Made by a program: the position numbers and the translations under genes. Source: Eledone cirrhosa (taxonomy: Eukaryota). Taken from it: a stretch of DNA of 64,000 nt. Shown here piece after piece: positions 13,400-27,121 of the stretch (position 1 is its first letter; every line of letters starts with the position of its first letter). The stretch lies in the NCBI GenBank assembly GCA_964016885.1, contig OZ024741.1:36580001-36644000 (forward strand). Direction: 5' to 3'. The notes beneath the pieces were generated by a model, which did not search any database, was not told where the DNA came from, and saw only the letters and a list, made by a program, of their open reading frames with translations.

Positions 13400-13592
13400 C
13401 AATCACTACAACTACAGGAAGTCACGTGATCACTGCAACTACAGGGTGTCACGTGATCACTACAGCTGCAGGATGTCACATAATCTCTACAGTTACAGGA
13501 AGTCACATGATCTCTACAGTTACAGGAAGTCACATGATCACTACAGCCTCAGGAAGTCACATGATACCTGCAGCTACAGGAAGTCACATCAC
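13400..13592. repeat. 27-bp minisatellite, ~7 copies
   Basis: Unit acaggaagtcac(g/a)tgatcactacagct at 13414, 13441, 13468, 13495, 13522, 13549 and 13576. Confidence 0.9.
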
Positions 13593-13797
13593 ACTCCATA
13601 GATGTGTTTTTTATGTGGTGGAAGTGTTATATGTATAAACAACACATGCACACATATACATCCACACACACACACACATATTCTCACAAAAACAGACTCA
13701 CACACGTGCTTGCACAGACATACACAAAGTATATAATTAAATTATATGTAATTTATACACTCACTCATAAACATACATATGCAGATGCACACATATA

Positions 13798-13876
13798 CAG
13801 GGTGTCCCCCAAAAATGTATACACACTTCAACAACATTGTAATCAAAGTGTGTATACATTTTGGGGGAATACCCTG
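13798..13876. mobile_element. 79-bp palindromic Tc1/mariner-type MITE
   Basis: TA|cagggtgtcccccaaaaatgtatacacactt ... aagtgtgtatacattttgggggaataccctg|TA. Confidence 0.75.
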
Positions 13877-14322
13877 TATATTAAAATTATATGTAATTTA
13901 CACACAAACACACATACATTTATGTATTTCTTGTTAGCAGGGGAAACAGATGTTAAACAGTGTTGGTGTAATTTATACACACATATATATATGCATGTAG
14001 CAGCATCATTGTCATTGTCATGTATAGTTTTTAGTTAAATTCAACACCTTTTGTACATTAAGAGAGAGTGTGTGTGTTTGTGTGGTTCTGTCAATAGACA
14101 GTTTCATTACTTGTCAAAACATTTCAAATCTATATCTGCACAAACTATATCACATCTGTATTTTAGATCAGGTTACCTCATGTGTCGACATATTGCAAAC
14201 AGATAAGTTACCTTAGAGGAAAACCATATATATAATGGAGGCACATGGCTTAGTGGTTAGAGCATTGGCCTTGCAATCGAATGGTTGTGAGTTCAATTCT
14301 CAGACCGGGTGATGTGTTGGCT

Positions 14323-17010
14323 CCATCTGTTTGATGGCGAGTGTTCCAGTTGTTTGAACAACAGAACTGCCTGCTTATAAAGTTAATGTGCAAGTGGCTG
14401 AGTATTCCACAGACATGGTGGGCCCTTAACATAGTTCTCAGGGAGATTCAGTATATGACAAGGCCAAACAACAGAACTGCCTACTTATAAAGTTAATGTG
14501 CAAGTGGCTGAGTATTCCACAGACATGGTGGGCCCTTAACATAGTTCTCGGAGATTCAGTATATGACATGGCCAAACAACAGAACTGCCTGCTTATAAAG
14601 TTAATGTGCAAGTGGCTGAGTATTCCACAGACATGGTAGGCCTTTAACATAGTTCTCAGGGAGATTCAGTATATGACATGGCCAGTTCTTTGAATTACAA
14701 GTACAACTTGTTTTTTCCCCAACTGAGTGACTGGAGCCACATGAAATAAAGTGTCTGGCTCAAGGACAAAATGCATCATCAGTAATCAAACTCACGGCCT
14801 TATGATCCTAAGTTGAACACCCTAACCACGAAGCCACACAGCATCACTTCAACAGTGGTCAATAACTCCCCAAGCGTTTTTTCCATCCTGTTCTTTATTC
14901 TAACTACTATATATTCAGAACTCCAATACTAATTAGGTCATCTAAAGAAAGAAAGTTTGGTTTGATCATAGTTGGAATGACATTGACTATAGGCTGCCTT
15001 ATCTGGGGGAGATAAATTTGAATTAGAATGCTTGCAAATTGGCACAAAGATCAAATTTTAATCTCATTAATAATTATTTTGTATATTTACCTGGCAAATT
15101 AAGTTCAGGGAGGGGGAGGGGGGTCTTTTTTTTTTTTTTTTCATAATTGTTTTCTATTTCATTTCATCATCATCATCATCTTCGTTTAACATCCATTTTC
15201 CACGCTAGCATGGGTTATTAATTTAAGAACAAATTCTGCTGAGCCTATATTATCATCGTCATTACCACCACCACCATCATCATTGTCATCACCATCATCA
15301 TCCTCATCACCACCATCATCATCATTGCCCCCCCCCCCCCACCACCACCACCAATACCACCATCATCATCATTACCCCCCTCCCATCATCACCACCATGT
15401 TTTCTCATCCTTCTTATCATTATCTTCATCATCCTTCATCAGGCTTGACTACATTGTTAAAAAGTTAACTTCAGCACCATGTGAACCAGCTTCTCAGATC
15501 TGGCAGATCTGTAGCCACCTTCACCTAGACACTTCCTACCACTACTACAGCGATCACTAGTTCTTAGATCTGGCAGATCTGTAGCCACCTTCACCTAGAC
15601 ACTTCCTACCACTACTACAGCGATCACTAGTTCTTAGATCTGGCAGATCTGTAGCCACCTTCACCTAGACACATCCTACCATCTGTTTGATGGCGAGTGT
15701 TCCAGTTGTTTGAACAACAGAACTGCCTGCTTATAAAGTTAATGTGCAAGTGGCTGAGTATTCCACAGACATGGTGGGCCCTTAACATAGTTCTCAGGGA
15801 GATTCAGTATATGACAAGGCCAAACAACAGAACTGCCTACTTATAAAGTTAATGTGCAAGTGGCTGAGTATTCCACAGACATGGTGGGCCCTTAACATAG
15901 TTCTCGGAGATTCAGTATATGACAAAGCCAAACAACAGAACTGCCTGCTTATAAAGTTAATGTGCAAGTGGCTGAGTATTCCACAGACATGGTAGGCCTT
16001 TAACATAGTTCTCAGGGAGATTCAGTATATGACATGGCCAGTTCTTTGAATTACAAGTACAACTTGTTTTTTCCCCAACTGAGTGACTGGAGCCACATGA
16101 AATAAAGTGTCTGGCTCAAGGACAAAATGCATCATCAGTAATCAAACTCACGGCCTTATGATCCTAAGTTGAACACCCTAACCACGAAGCCACACAGCAT
16201 CACTTCAACAGTGGTCAATAACTCCCCAAGCGTTTTTTCCATCCTGTTCTTTATTCTAACTACTATATATTCAGAACTCCAATACTAATTAGGTCATCTA
16301 AAGAAAGAAAGTTTGGTTTGATCATAGTTGGAATGACATTGACTATAGGCTGCCTTATCTGGGGGAGATAAATTTGAATTAGAATGCTTGCAAATTGGCA
16401 CAAAGATCAAATTTTAATCTCATTAATAATTATTTTGTATATTTACCTGGCAAATTAAGTTCAGGGAGGGGGAGGGGGTCTTTTTTTTTTTTTTTTCATA
16501 ATTGTTTTCTATTTCATTTCATCATCATCATCATCTTCGTTTAACATCCATTTTCCACGCTAGCATGGGTTATTAATTTAAGAACAAATTCTGCTGAGCC
16601 TATATTATCATCGTCATTACCACCACCACCATCATCATTGTCATCACCATCATCATCATTGCCCCCCCCCCCCCCCCCCCCACCACCACCAATACCACCA
16701 TCATCATCATTACCCCCCTCCCATCATCACCACCATGTTTTCTCATCCTTCTTATCATTATCTTCATCATCCTTCATCAGGCTTGACTACATTGTTAAAA
16801 AGTTAACTTCAGCGCCATGTGAACCAGCTTCTCAGATCTGTAGCCACCTTCACCTAGACACTTCCTACCACTACTACAGCGATCACTAGTTCTTAGATCT
16901 GGCAGATCTGTAGCCACCTTCACCTAGACACTTCCTACCACTACTACAGCGATCACTAGTTCTTAGATCTGGCAGATCTGTAGCCACCTTCACCTAGACA
17001 CATCCTACCA
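14323..17010. repeat. 1356-bp near-identical tandem duplication (14323-15678 / 15679-~17010)
   Basis: Both units start ccatctgtttgatggcgagtg and stay colinear; each contains a triple ~109-bp SINE-internal repeat. Confidence 0.95.
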
Positions 17011-17982
17011 CTACTACAGCGATCACTAGTTCTTAGATCTGGCAGATCTGTAGCCACCTTCACCTAGACACATCCTACCACTACTACAGCGATCACTAGT
17101 TCTTAGATCTGGCAGATCTGTAGCCACCTTCACCTAGACACTTTCTACCACTACTACAGCGATCACTAGTTCTTAGATCTGGCAGATCTGTAGCCACCTT
17201 CACCTAGACACTTACTACCACTACTACAGCGATCACTAGTTCTTAGATCTGGCAGATCTGTAGCCACCTTCACCTAGACACTTCCTACCACTACTACAGC
17301 GATCACTAGTTCTTAGATCTGGCAGATCTGTAGCCACCTTCACCTAGACACTTCCTACCACTACTACAGCGATCACTAGTTCTTAGATCTGGCAGATCTG
17401 TAGCCACCTTCACCTAGACACTTTCTACCACTACTATAGCGATCACTAGTTCTTAGATCTGGCAGATCTGTAGCCACCTTCACCTAGACACTTTCTACCA
17501 CTACTACAGCGATCACTAGTTCTTAGATCTGGCAGATCTGTAGCCACCTTCACCTAGACACTTCCTACCACTACTACAGCGATCACTAGTTCTTAGATCT
17601 GGCAGATCTGTAGCCACCTTCACCTAGACACTTTCTACCACTACTACAGCGATCACTAGTTCTTAGATCTGGCAGATCTGTAGCCACCTTCACCTAGACA
17701 CTTTCTACCACTACTATAGCGATCACTAGTTCTTAGATCTGGCAGATCTGTAGCCACCTTCACCTAGACACTTTCTACCACTACTACAGCGATCACTAGT
17801 TCTTAGATCTGGCAGATCTGTAGCCACCTTCACCTAGACACTTTCTACCACTACTACAGCGATCACTAGTTCTTAGATCTGGCAGATCTGTAGCCACCTT
17901 CACCTAGACACATCCTACCACTACTACAGCGATCACTAGTTCTTAGATCTGGCAGATCTGTAGCCACCTTCACCCGGACACT
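16833..17982. repeat. 70-bp minisatellite, ~16 copies
   Basis: Unit cacctagacacttcctaccactactacagcgatcactagttcttagatctggcagatctgtagccacctt with exact 70-bp period; ~2.7 more copies at 15490-15680. Confidence 0.97.
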
Positions 17983-19575
17983 CCCAAGTCACTTGGCTCT
18001 CCTTCTCCTTTCATACCCCATATTATGTCCAACATCACACACCCCCAGTTGCTGCACTAACTACAACTATTACCACCACCACCACCACCACCACTGCTAC
18101 TACTACTACCACTCTTACCAACACTATTACTACAACCTCACAATCACCAACACTGATACTACTACTATCAACACTGCTGTCACTACTACCACGATCAGCA
18201 ATACAACCACTACCATCACCACCAACACAGCTACCACTACTACTACTCTTAACACTATTAGGCCCCACCCCCCCTTCCCTATAGAAATACAATACAATTT
18301 CTACTAACAAGACAAAAGTTCTGTGGTTCACATTTGTCATAACATAACAATGACCATTGACAATAAAACACCAATTCTTCTTCCTTCCCCCATGACCCCA
18401 CCACCACTACCACTACCACCCTTCCTACAACAAACCACCACCACCCTCACTTCCTTCACCATACAGTAGGATTATTCTTGTAGACACACACAAGTCTAAT
18501 AATAGATCCTATGCAATCTGTGCAGTAAGTACACAGCTGCACTTAACCCTTCCATTGCCATATTTTTAATGAAATACTTTCATCATCATCATCATCATCA
18601 TCATCACCACCATCGTTTTCATGCACTAAGGCCAGACTGGTCAGGTGACCACACCTTGCTCATACACTCCATTTTGGGGTTGGTTTCTATGGCAGGAAAG
18701 CCTTCCTAATGCCGATCACTTTACAGGAGCATTTTATCACATATATATATCATCATCATCATTTAACGTCCATTTTTCCAAACTAGCATGAGTTAGATGA
18801 GTTATCCCATTGTGAGATAAGCCAAGTCAGTCAACCATGTCTTGCTCATACAGAACATATATATATGTGTGTGTGTGTGCGATCATCATCATTGTTTAAT
18901 GTCCATATTCCACACTAGCATGGGTAGGACGGGTTGACCCTTAGGGAGAGAATCAGGTCAGAGGACCATATTTAGTTCACCCAGGGTAGATTTTGGCTTG
19001 GTTTCTACAGCTGGATGCCCTTCCTAATGCCAACCACATTTACTGTGTGTTTTGGGGCGCTTTTTGTCGTTTTACCAACATAACCATTTTTCAGTGTGGA
19101 CTGGGCGCTTTTTGTCGTGTTGCCACTTTACAGTGGGGACTGGGTACTTTTAATTATTTAATGAAGAATTTGGGAAGAATTTACTATAAATATAATATTA
19201 AGATGATATTTGTAATATAACAAACTATTAAATTTATGTTGGAAGGTTTTAATTCAAATAGGAACCCTTTAAAATAGGTGGTTCTGTTTCATAGAAACGG
19301 ATGTGGCTTTTGGTAGGTTAGTATGAAAAGGATTAAAACAGACAGTTATGTATGTATCATAAAAGCTGGGATGATCTCAGGCTAGTTATTATCAAAAGGA
19401 CTAATATAGACAAAGAAGTGAAATTTGCCACCACTCAGATACATATGATGCTAAGCAACATAATGATTAGTGTGTTGAGCTCATAACATCAGTTGTCAAT
19501 ACTCCAAGTTACTCAAATGAAAATGTATACCTGGGAGTTAAATGAAAGATCCAGGGGAATTTCTTGTACTCCTAT

Positions 19576-19910
19576 GGAGGCACATGGCTTAGTGGTTAGA
19601 GCATTGGCCTTGCAATCGAAAGGTTGTGAGTTCAATTCTCAGACCGAGTGATGTGTTGTTCCCTTGAGCAAGACACTTTATTTCACATTGCTCCAGTTTA
19701 CTCAGCTGTAGAAATGAGATGATAGGGACTGGGGTCCCTATCATTCCACTGCAAAGTGGTCGTGGAGGTGCCACGGCAAAAAAGCACCCAGCACTCACTG
19801 TAAATGAGGTTGGTGTTAGGAAGGGCATCCAGCTGTAGAAACAAAGCCAGAATCAGTTCCCGTCCCACCCTTGCAAGCAGGGAAAAGCGGACGTAAAATG
19901 ATGATGATGA
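19576..19910 (+). mobile_element. CORE-type SINE copy
   Basis: Nearly identical to 5574-5944. Confidence 0.85.
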
Positions 19911-20899
19911 AACAGGAATGAACTCCGACCTGGTGAGCCATGGAGGTTAGGACGGACTTTGAATTTCTTTTAACCTAATATTATATCTCATTTCTCATTT
20001 CCTCTCTCTCCCTTTCTATCTTTTTCTGGAAGAAATCAGCTGTACTCAGGCCTGGAGAGGGGTGGGCTCCACCGGGCCTAAAATGTCCAGAAACGCCTTA
20101 TGTCAAATCGGTGCCCCTATGATTCTATCAGGAGTTATGGGACAATACATACATACATCTATAGCTATACATCCTCATACCATCCTACTACTACTAATAC
20201 CTCCACCTACCACCATACCACCACACACACCTCCACCTATCCCCATACCACCACACACACCTCCACATACCACTACTCATACCATACCATCATCACCTAT
20301 GTCATTGTTATGAAGTATATATAGGCATATACATGTCTTCCACGTGACCTTGGTTTCTAACCTATTGTGTGACACCTTGGGCAGTGTTTTTTACTATAAT
20401 CTTAGGTCAATTAATGCATTGTGAGTGAATTTGGTTAACAGAAGAAGCTGTTGACCATGGAAAGATTTGAACACAGAACATAAGGTGCCAGAACAAACAC
20501 TACAAAGCAGTATTTGGAAGGTTAAGAGGTAAAGTTGACCTCAACATGATTTGAACTTAAAAAGACAGAACTAATAGTACCAGGTGTTTTATCTGTACTT
20601 ATGATTCTGCCAACCTACTGCTTAATTGTAATAATAATGGTTTTTGATTTAGGCACAAGGCGAGCAATTACCCCAGTGCATTACTCGCGCTTTATTTTAT
20701 CGACCCCGTAAGCTAACCTTGGCAGGATTTGAACTCAGAACGTAAAGGGCCATAACTCTATGTCGCTAAGCATATTGTAATAATGTTCTACCTACACACA
20801 TCTTACAAGGCAGCCGTCACTCTAGATAAAATAGAAAGGTGTTGTAGTTTGCTGGATGCAATAGAAACATAACATAAAATATTGAAAGTACAATAAGAA

Positions 20900-21296
20900 A
20901 GATATGTTTTCCTTAGTAGTGGCAGTTGTAGGACATCTAGACCTTGGATCATCTTCAACAGTGTCCTTCCCCTCCTAAATTCAGTTGCCTACTTTTACAC
21001 TGTTGATAAAACTGGAGAGCATGTAGCAACCATGTCAGCATGAATGAGTGTCCTTGGGGGCGAAACCCTTTTTCTACACATACGCAAAACACCACAATGC
21101 CAATTTTTTGTCCATTTTCAAGGGAAGTCACTACTAATTACTTTTGAAGTCTTCTTTAAACAGTCAGATGTCAGTTTACCTGGAAAGAAACAATACAGTT
21201 ATTAATAAGAAGAGTTGAAATTAATGCATGCAAGATTTCACAGTCTAGCATCACTCTTTCATAGTTAGCCTATTAACTTTTCAGCCCACTCTCATA
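20900..21296 (-). mobile_element. Mariner transposon 5' fragment (TIR and decayed HTH region)
   Basis: Minus strand gives KKGFAPKD..HADMVAT...EFRRGR..EDDPRS..P.TATTKENI; the TIR is related to the 3559-3733 MITE. Confidence 0.7.
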
Positions 21297-21687
21297 GATA
21301 TCATAATGTTATATTGGTAATATGTAATTGGTCCTTGATATATATCAAAGAAATATCTTCTTTTGTCAAAAGATTTTTTTAAAAACTAAGACAACACAGA
21401 TATATATATATATATAGTTATTTACTATGGTGGCGCATTAAATTCTTTTGACAGGAACATATTTCCCTCAAAATATAAAAGACCACTTTAACCCTTCTGA
21501 TACATAACTGGTCATAACAGTCCTGGTTCTATGTAAAAACAACAAACACATTTTTATGGCTTCATATTTAAATTAATATTTTCCAACAGGATTTTATATA
21601 AGAATCATATGTTACATTAATATTTTGGGAACAAAATAATTAATCACTTTTGAAAATCCATCAAAATTCTTCATCAATTAATAGAAA

Positions 21688-22189
21688 CTAGCAGAAAAAC
21701 CACCCTTCGGGTGGTTTTCTGCTAACGTGTGTAGTGTGTATATTGATATTATACACAAATATATATGCATGTAAATAAAATCGTAATTGACAATATACAC
21801 AGAAATTGAACGAAGACTGTGTTACACTGTCTTACGTAATCAGTAACGTATGTCTTACGTAATCAGTAACGTAATCCATGATACATTTAAAAAAAGACGA
21901 TATTATATATAAACTGCATTAGGAGAAAATTAGCGACGGAAATATATGCGATTTTAAGTGTTATAATATAACGGCCGCTCACCGGAAGTGTTGACATTTG
22001 ACAATTTTAAAGAAGTGAATCTCTGAATAAGCTATAAAATATATTTAATCAACAGCCACAAAATTTAGTAAATAAATTATGTAATATTCATTCATTATTT
22101 ATTCAAAGTAATCCAACTTATTTTACAAACGGGGTAAAAAAATATATTTTGGATGCAGTCCCACTCTCCTGTCTTTATTATAGTTAAGA
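21688..22189 (-). mobile_element. Non-autonomous Helitron, copy 2
   Basis: Reverse complement of 7262-7749 with the same TC...CTAG termini and an A/T target; ~23-bp internal duplication near 21828-21873. Confidence 0.88.
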
Positions 22190-22796
22190 TAGAGTATATT
22201 TCATTAGAAATATGGTCACGAAAGAGTTAATATTTCAAAACATTTGTTTTTGTTATTTTTAATATTCAATGTTACATTTGTATTGCTATAGACTTCTTTA
22301 AAAGATTCTTTTTTTACCCTAGATAAGGTATGTGATCCGAAGAAAATGTGTTAGTTTTTATGTACTATTTTGATCATTCCCATCCCTATCGCCAAACTAT
22401 CATCACCATTCCCAGCCACTCATTCACAACCCAATCTCACATTTTATAGACTGGATATGATTACATAACTGTTTGTCATAAAACCTCTTATATCAGCTAC
22501 AAGTCATACACTCGAGGACTGTACATGACCCATTAACTACAACTCTTACTAATATCAACCCTCTTAAATTTAATATACTACTATTCATGTGAAATGACTA
22601 CTTTCTGGACAGTGATCAACGCCACTGAGGAATTGATGAAATTCCCACAAAAATGTTTATCTCTTTTGATAAACTGCCCCTGGTTCTAAGATACCTCTAA
22701 ACTGTTTATTCTAGAATGTTTATATTTATCTAAATGCCTTCCATCATAATTTTTATATGAAATTCTTTTTATGTTATATTCCAAACACCAACTAAA

Positions 22797-23002
22797 CCCT
22801 TTAGCATTTACATTATATAGTATATATAGATATACTATTGTGTTTTCACAGTAAAGGCTTTACCTCACATAATATCAAATCTACGAGATTTTGTTATTAT
22901 TTAATTTGAGAACAATGCCTTAACATCAGTATGAGTAGCTGGTTTGAACAGAAAGAGGTGAGAGGATTCTGGCCGAGTATGGCCAGTTTAAATGCTAAAG
23001 GG
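22797..23002. mobile_element. piggyBac-like MITE (~205 bp)
   Basis: TIR ccctttagcattta / taaatgctaaaggg followed by TTAA; further copies at 38004, ~45170 and 47453. Confidence 0.7.
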
Positions 23003-23491
23003 TTAATCAGGAGAAAGTTATATTACTAAATCCATTCAAATTCTTGATTGTTTTCAAAATGGTTTAAAATTCATAGGCAGTGTCTTTCATTAGAAATATG
23101 GTAATGGAAGAGTTAAATGAACCCTCTTCATAATAGAAAGAAAAACAAAAACTTCAAGCTTTATTTATTTGCCCCTAAATTCTTCCATTCTATAAGACAA
23201 TAGTATAAGTGAGATATAACTGTGCACTGGCTGACTGGTTGACACTATAATAAATTCTACCTGCCAAGACAGTCCTATTTTTCAGAAAATGGAGGAGGAA
23301 GAGAATAGTAAAGTAGACCTTGTTGTGCCTTCAGTTTTCACATGAAGTTATTTTTAGTTCTGATGAAACATTCCTTTTTGCATTTTTTTTTCTCTAAATG
23401 TTTTAATTTTTTTAAATTGTCAGAATATATTTTCAATATCATAATGACAAAAAAAAAGTGTAGGGGGTAGGGATGGGGTCAGGCTCTACAC

Positions 23492-25711
23492 CAGGGCTTC
23501 CCAACCTTTTTTCACTATGGGCCCTCAAGCAGAATCCTTTTTCGCTGTGGACCCCCCCCCCCCCAAGAGCAATCAAAACTTAGGACATTAATTCAACAAA
23601 CAAAATTTATTCGTAATGATCAAAGAGTCCTATGGGCACATGTTTTTAGTGAGAGCCTTGTGGCTGTTTATTACTCACGAGAGCAGAAATCTGTGGTTGT
23701 AGGCCACTCAGACGGAGCCTCATTTCTGGATTATCGTTCAAGTGCAAGCTCCTTCGTTGCTTTGTGAATGAATGAAGTAAAAGCGGAAAGCCCCTCTCCA
23801 CCAAATTGGATGTTGGTAGATTAATTATAAATGGTTCCACCTTTTCATACAAGGTTTGATATTTGATCGAGCTTTGCAGCCACGCTTTGACCCAATTTTT
23901 CTCAGAGGCCTGAATCAAGCGCTCGTCAGCAATGGCCTCGCACAGCTCAATCTGGACGCATTCAGGTTGATTCATGACATCCTCCATTGTCATGGTATGA
24001 AGTAAATCGACAAAAGGTGGTATGCTCAACTGTAGAAGATCCTCAAAACGAGTTTGAAAGTTATCATGCAAGAAAGACAAATGATCCACAATAATTGTTT
24101 GTAACTCACAATCAATTTCCTTGCCATCCAAACTAGAAAAATGACAGAAGTCATGCATCATGGCTTTCATTTTCCAAATCACCAATTTTATAACTTGTTT
24201 AGCACGTACGATATTCATATCCTGGTTTTGCATGGATAAATTTAGTTCATTGAGTTTCCAAAATATCTCTTCCAAGTACAATATAACAATCTTATTATCA
24301 ATAAGTGAATTCCTCAGAACAGTGTCTCTGTTCTGCAAAAATTCCAAAACTTTGTCAAACAGTACGACAAATCTCGTGAGACAGTTACCCATTGAAAGTC
24401 AACGTATGTCTGTGGAATAAACCAGCCGATGAAAATTTTTGTCGTGACAAGCATCCTGGAAAAGCCTGTCTTGAAGGGCTCATGTTCTAATTTTGTTGAC
24501 GGATGAAACAACCGTTTGAAGAATGGCCATAAGATCACGGTTACCAATATTTTTTGCAACCAAATTTTCACGATGTAAAACTCAATGAATAGTAAACACG
24601 CTTCTGTCTTCAATTAATCTGCACACAAATCCTTTTCTTTTGCCGATCATTGACGGCGCACCATCTGTGCAAATGGAGATCATGATATCCATGCTAATAT
24701 CATTTGTCTTTAAAAAGCCAGTGACAGCATTGCACACAGCATTACATATTCTCCTGTAGTGTTGATGAGAGTTTTCATAAAGAGCATCTCCTCACATATT
24801 CTGGAATCTTTGATGTAGCGGACAAAAGCAAGGAGCACAGACTGATTTGCAAAGGTACTTTCATCAACAGTTAATGAAAATTTGGTGTGTCGCAGGTCTT
24901 GAATAAGGATGGACTTGACATCATCTGCTAAATCAGTTATTCGCGATGAAATGGTATTGTTGGATAAAGGTATGCTGTTGAGAACAGACTCTGGATTAGA
25001 AATATTAGCCACTTTATATGCTTCCATGATTGCAGGTTTGATGAGGTCCTCAGCAATTGTATGCGGTGGACCTTGTTTGGCAATCAAAAGCGCAATATTG
25101 TACGACGCGGTGAGTCCAGAAGCACTATTGCTCTCGATGAGGAATCCTTTCAATTTTGATGACGAAGAACGGGCACTGACACTGAGCACTTCGAAGTATT
25201 CTTTATGTTTGTTGACCAATGAGGGATGACACTTGTTGAGGTGTAAAGAAAGTTTGGCGGATTTCATTGATGCATTCGTCAGTTGTGTCAAACAAATAAG
25301 ACACTGTGGTAGTAATGGATTGTTCTTGCTGCTAATAAATCCATATTGAATATAAGAGGGATCATACTGCCTACATTTCTTCTTGCTTTTGCTCATATTT
25401 AATTGTTATGGGAAGAAACCTAAAATAGAAAAATGCAATTAAGAAGCTTTTTAAAATTTACAATTTACAATTCAAATTCCAAACATGAAGAGGTTTCTTC
25501 TTGATGCTTGAAAACGTATGTACCGTACTTAAAACGATTTAATTGAAAAGGAAAGAATATAATTGGAAATATTAAGAAAAGTGCAATAACTTTTACTAAA
25601 TCAACTCATTTATTATATATTTAATTGTGTACATTCCATTATGTACATTTAATTCAGCATTTTTCTGTGGACCCCCTGTAATCGCGCCATGGACCCCGTT
25701 GGGAAGCCCTG
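23492..25711 (-). mobile_element. hAT DNA transposon (Buster/Charlie group), complete ends
   Basis: Perfect TIRs cagggcttcccaac / gttgggaagccctg. Identical 8-bp TSD ctctacac at 23484-23491 and 25712-25719 (nnnTAnnn, Buster-type). Confidence 0.95.
23646..25396 (-). pseudogene. Frameshifted Buster-type hAT transposase (BED finger, DDE core, ZBED5/SCAND3-like)
   Basis: ORFs 24710-25396 (RQYDPSYIQYGF, PQCLIC, FSLTVDEST) and 23646-24392 (PTSNLVERGF...QGSH), with a TDGAPSM remnant between them. Confidence 0.9.
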
Positions 25712-26099
25712 CTCTACACCCTTAGTTGACTGGCTGGTATATTTTGGCTGACACCCCCACCACCTCTTGGACAAGTTGGCGAATCATACCCACAGTATCA
25801 GCCATTCTACTTCACCAGGCTCCTTCCTCATGTGTGATGCCCTTGTCCTGATTTGGCAGAGGAAACTGGCTAAAGTGTCCTGTATTTTTGTTAACCCTTT
25901 TGTTGCCATATTTCTAATGAAAGATACTGCCTATAATTTTCAAACCATTTTGAAAATAATCAAGTTGGTGTTTGTAATATATTCGTAAACTAAACTGCAG
26001 TTTAAAATTTTAAAGTGTTCATATTTAAATATAAACCTTCCATCATAATTTTATGCAAGAAAATTTGTTAATTTATATTTCAAACATCACCCTCCATTT

Positions 26100-26710
26100 G
26101 CTACATTCCTTCATCATCTCCTTTGTCAGTCTCAATGATTTGAGATCAGCTCTCACCACCACTACCTAGGTCTTTCTTGGTCTACCTCTACTGCAGCTTA
26201 CATCCACTGGGATTTCTTGGCACTTTTTCACCCAGCGATCATCATCCATGCACATCGCATGTCCAAACCAATGCAGTCTTCTCTCTTGCACACCACTTCG
26301 GGTTACTCTTAAACCCAGTTTTTCTCTCTGCTTACCCAAGCTCTTTCTTTCTCTCACACTTACATTGCATATCCAATGAAACATGGTTACTTTGTGATCT
26401 CTGCAGTCACAGCCCATGTTTCACTACCATGCAGCATCGCACTTCGCACACAGGTGTCATACAGTTGTCCTTTTGTGTGTAGGGAGCAACCTTTTGTAGT
26501 CAACAGTGGAGTAGCTAAACTTTTTCCATTCTATCCTTATTCTAGCTATTATACTCTTAGTGTATCCTCTTCTGTTGCTAATTGAGTCACCTAGATAGCG
26601 AAAGCTATCAACCACTTCTGTGGACCCTTCCTGTGACTGGAAAAGGTTTATATCACTGATGCTCTTCCTCTCAATTATCCCTGTGCATCTTCTACATACA
26701 AAGTCAAGTA
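26100..26710 (-). mobile_element. Degenerate RTE LINE fragment
   Basis: ERRLHWFGHAM...RGRPRKT peptide. Confidence 0.75.
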
Positions 26711-27121
26711 TACACAGTAACTACCCTTCTCTTTAATAGGTTGATGTTTGGAACAAAACTTAAATATTCTTACATAAAATTATAATGGAAGGTTTTTAAA
26801 TAAATATAAACAGTTTAAAACAAACAATCTTGTATCATAAAACCAGGTGCAGTTTCAGGCTGCTTGATATCAAAAAGCTTAACATTTTTTTGTGTTGTTT
26901 TAGTAACTGAAATGGTTTTTCTATGATATACTGTATATACTTAAATATAAGCCAACCCTATATTTGATGTCTAAGAAATGGACAAAAATTTGAACCCTGT
27001 GTATAAGTCAAAGCAGCACATTATGTTTCAATGGCACAGTTTTGAAATTCTCATGAGTGGAGAATATATTTATGAAGTTTTAATATTTAGATATTTTAAA
27101 TGTTTTAAGAGTCATTTAGAG

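Noticed and set aside
16833-17982. CRISPR-like regular array
   Set aside because: Head-to-tail 70-bp units with no unique spacers, no cas genes and a eukaryotic context.
5585-19828. Repeated ~79-aa ORF family (…KLEQCEIKCLAQGNNTS…)
   Set aside because: Antisense reading of SINE copies, not a protein family.
21688-21725. Terminator-like hairpin with a C(UUCG)G loop
   Set aside because: It is the 3' hairpin of Helitron copy 2.
23646-25396. Domesticated ZBED5/SCAND3-like host gene
   Set aside because: Frameshifted and bounded by TIRs and a TSD, so it is a transposon copy.
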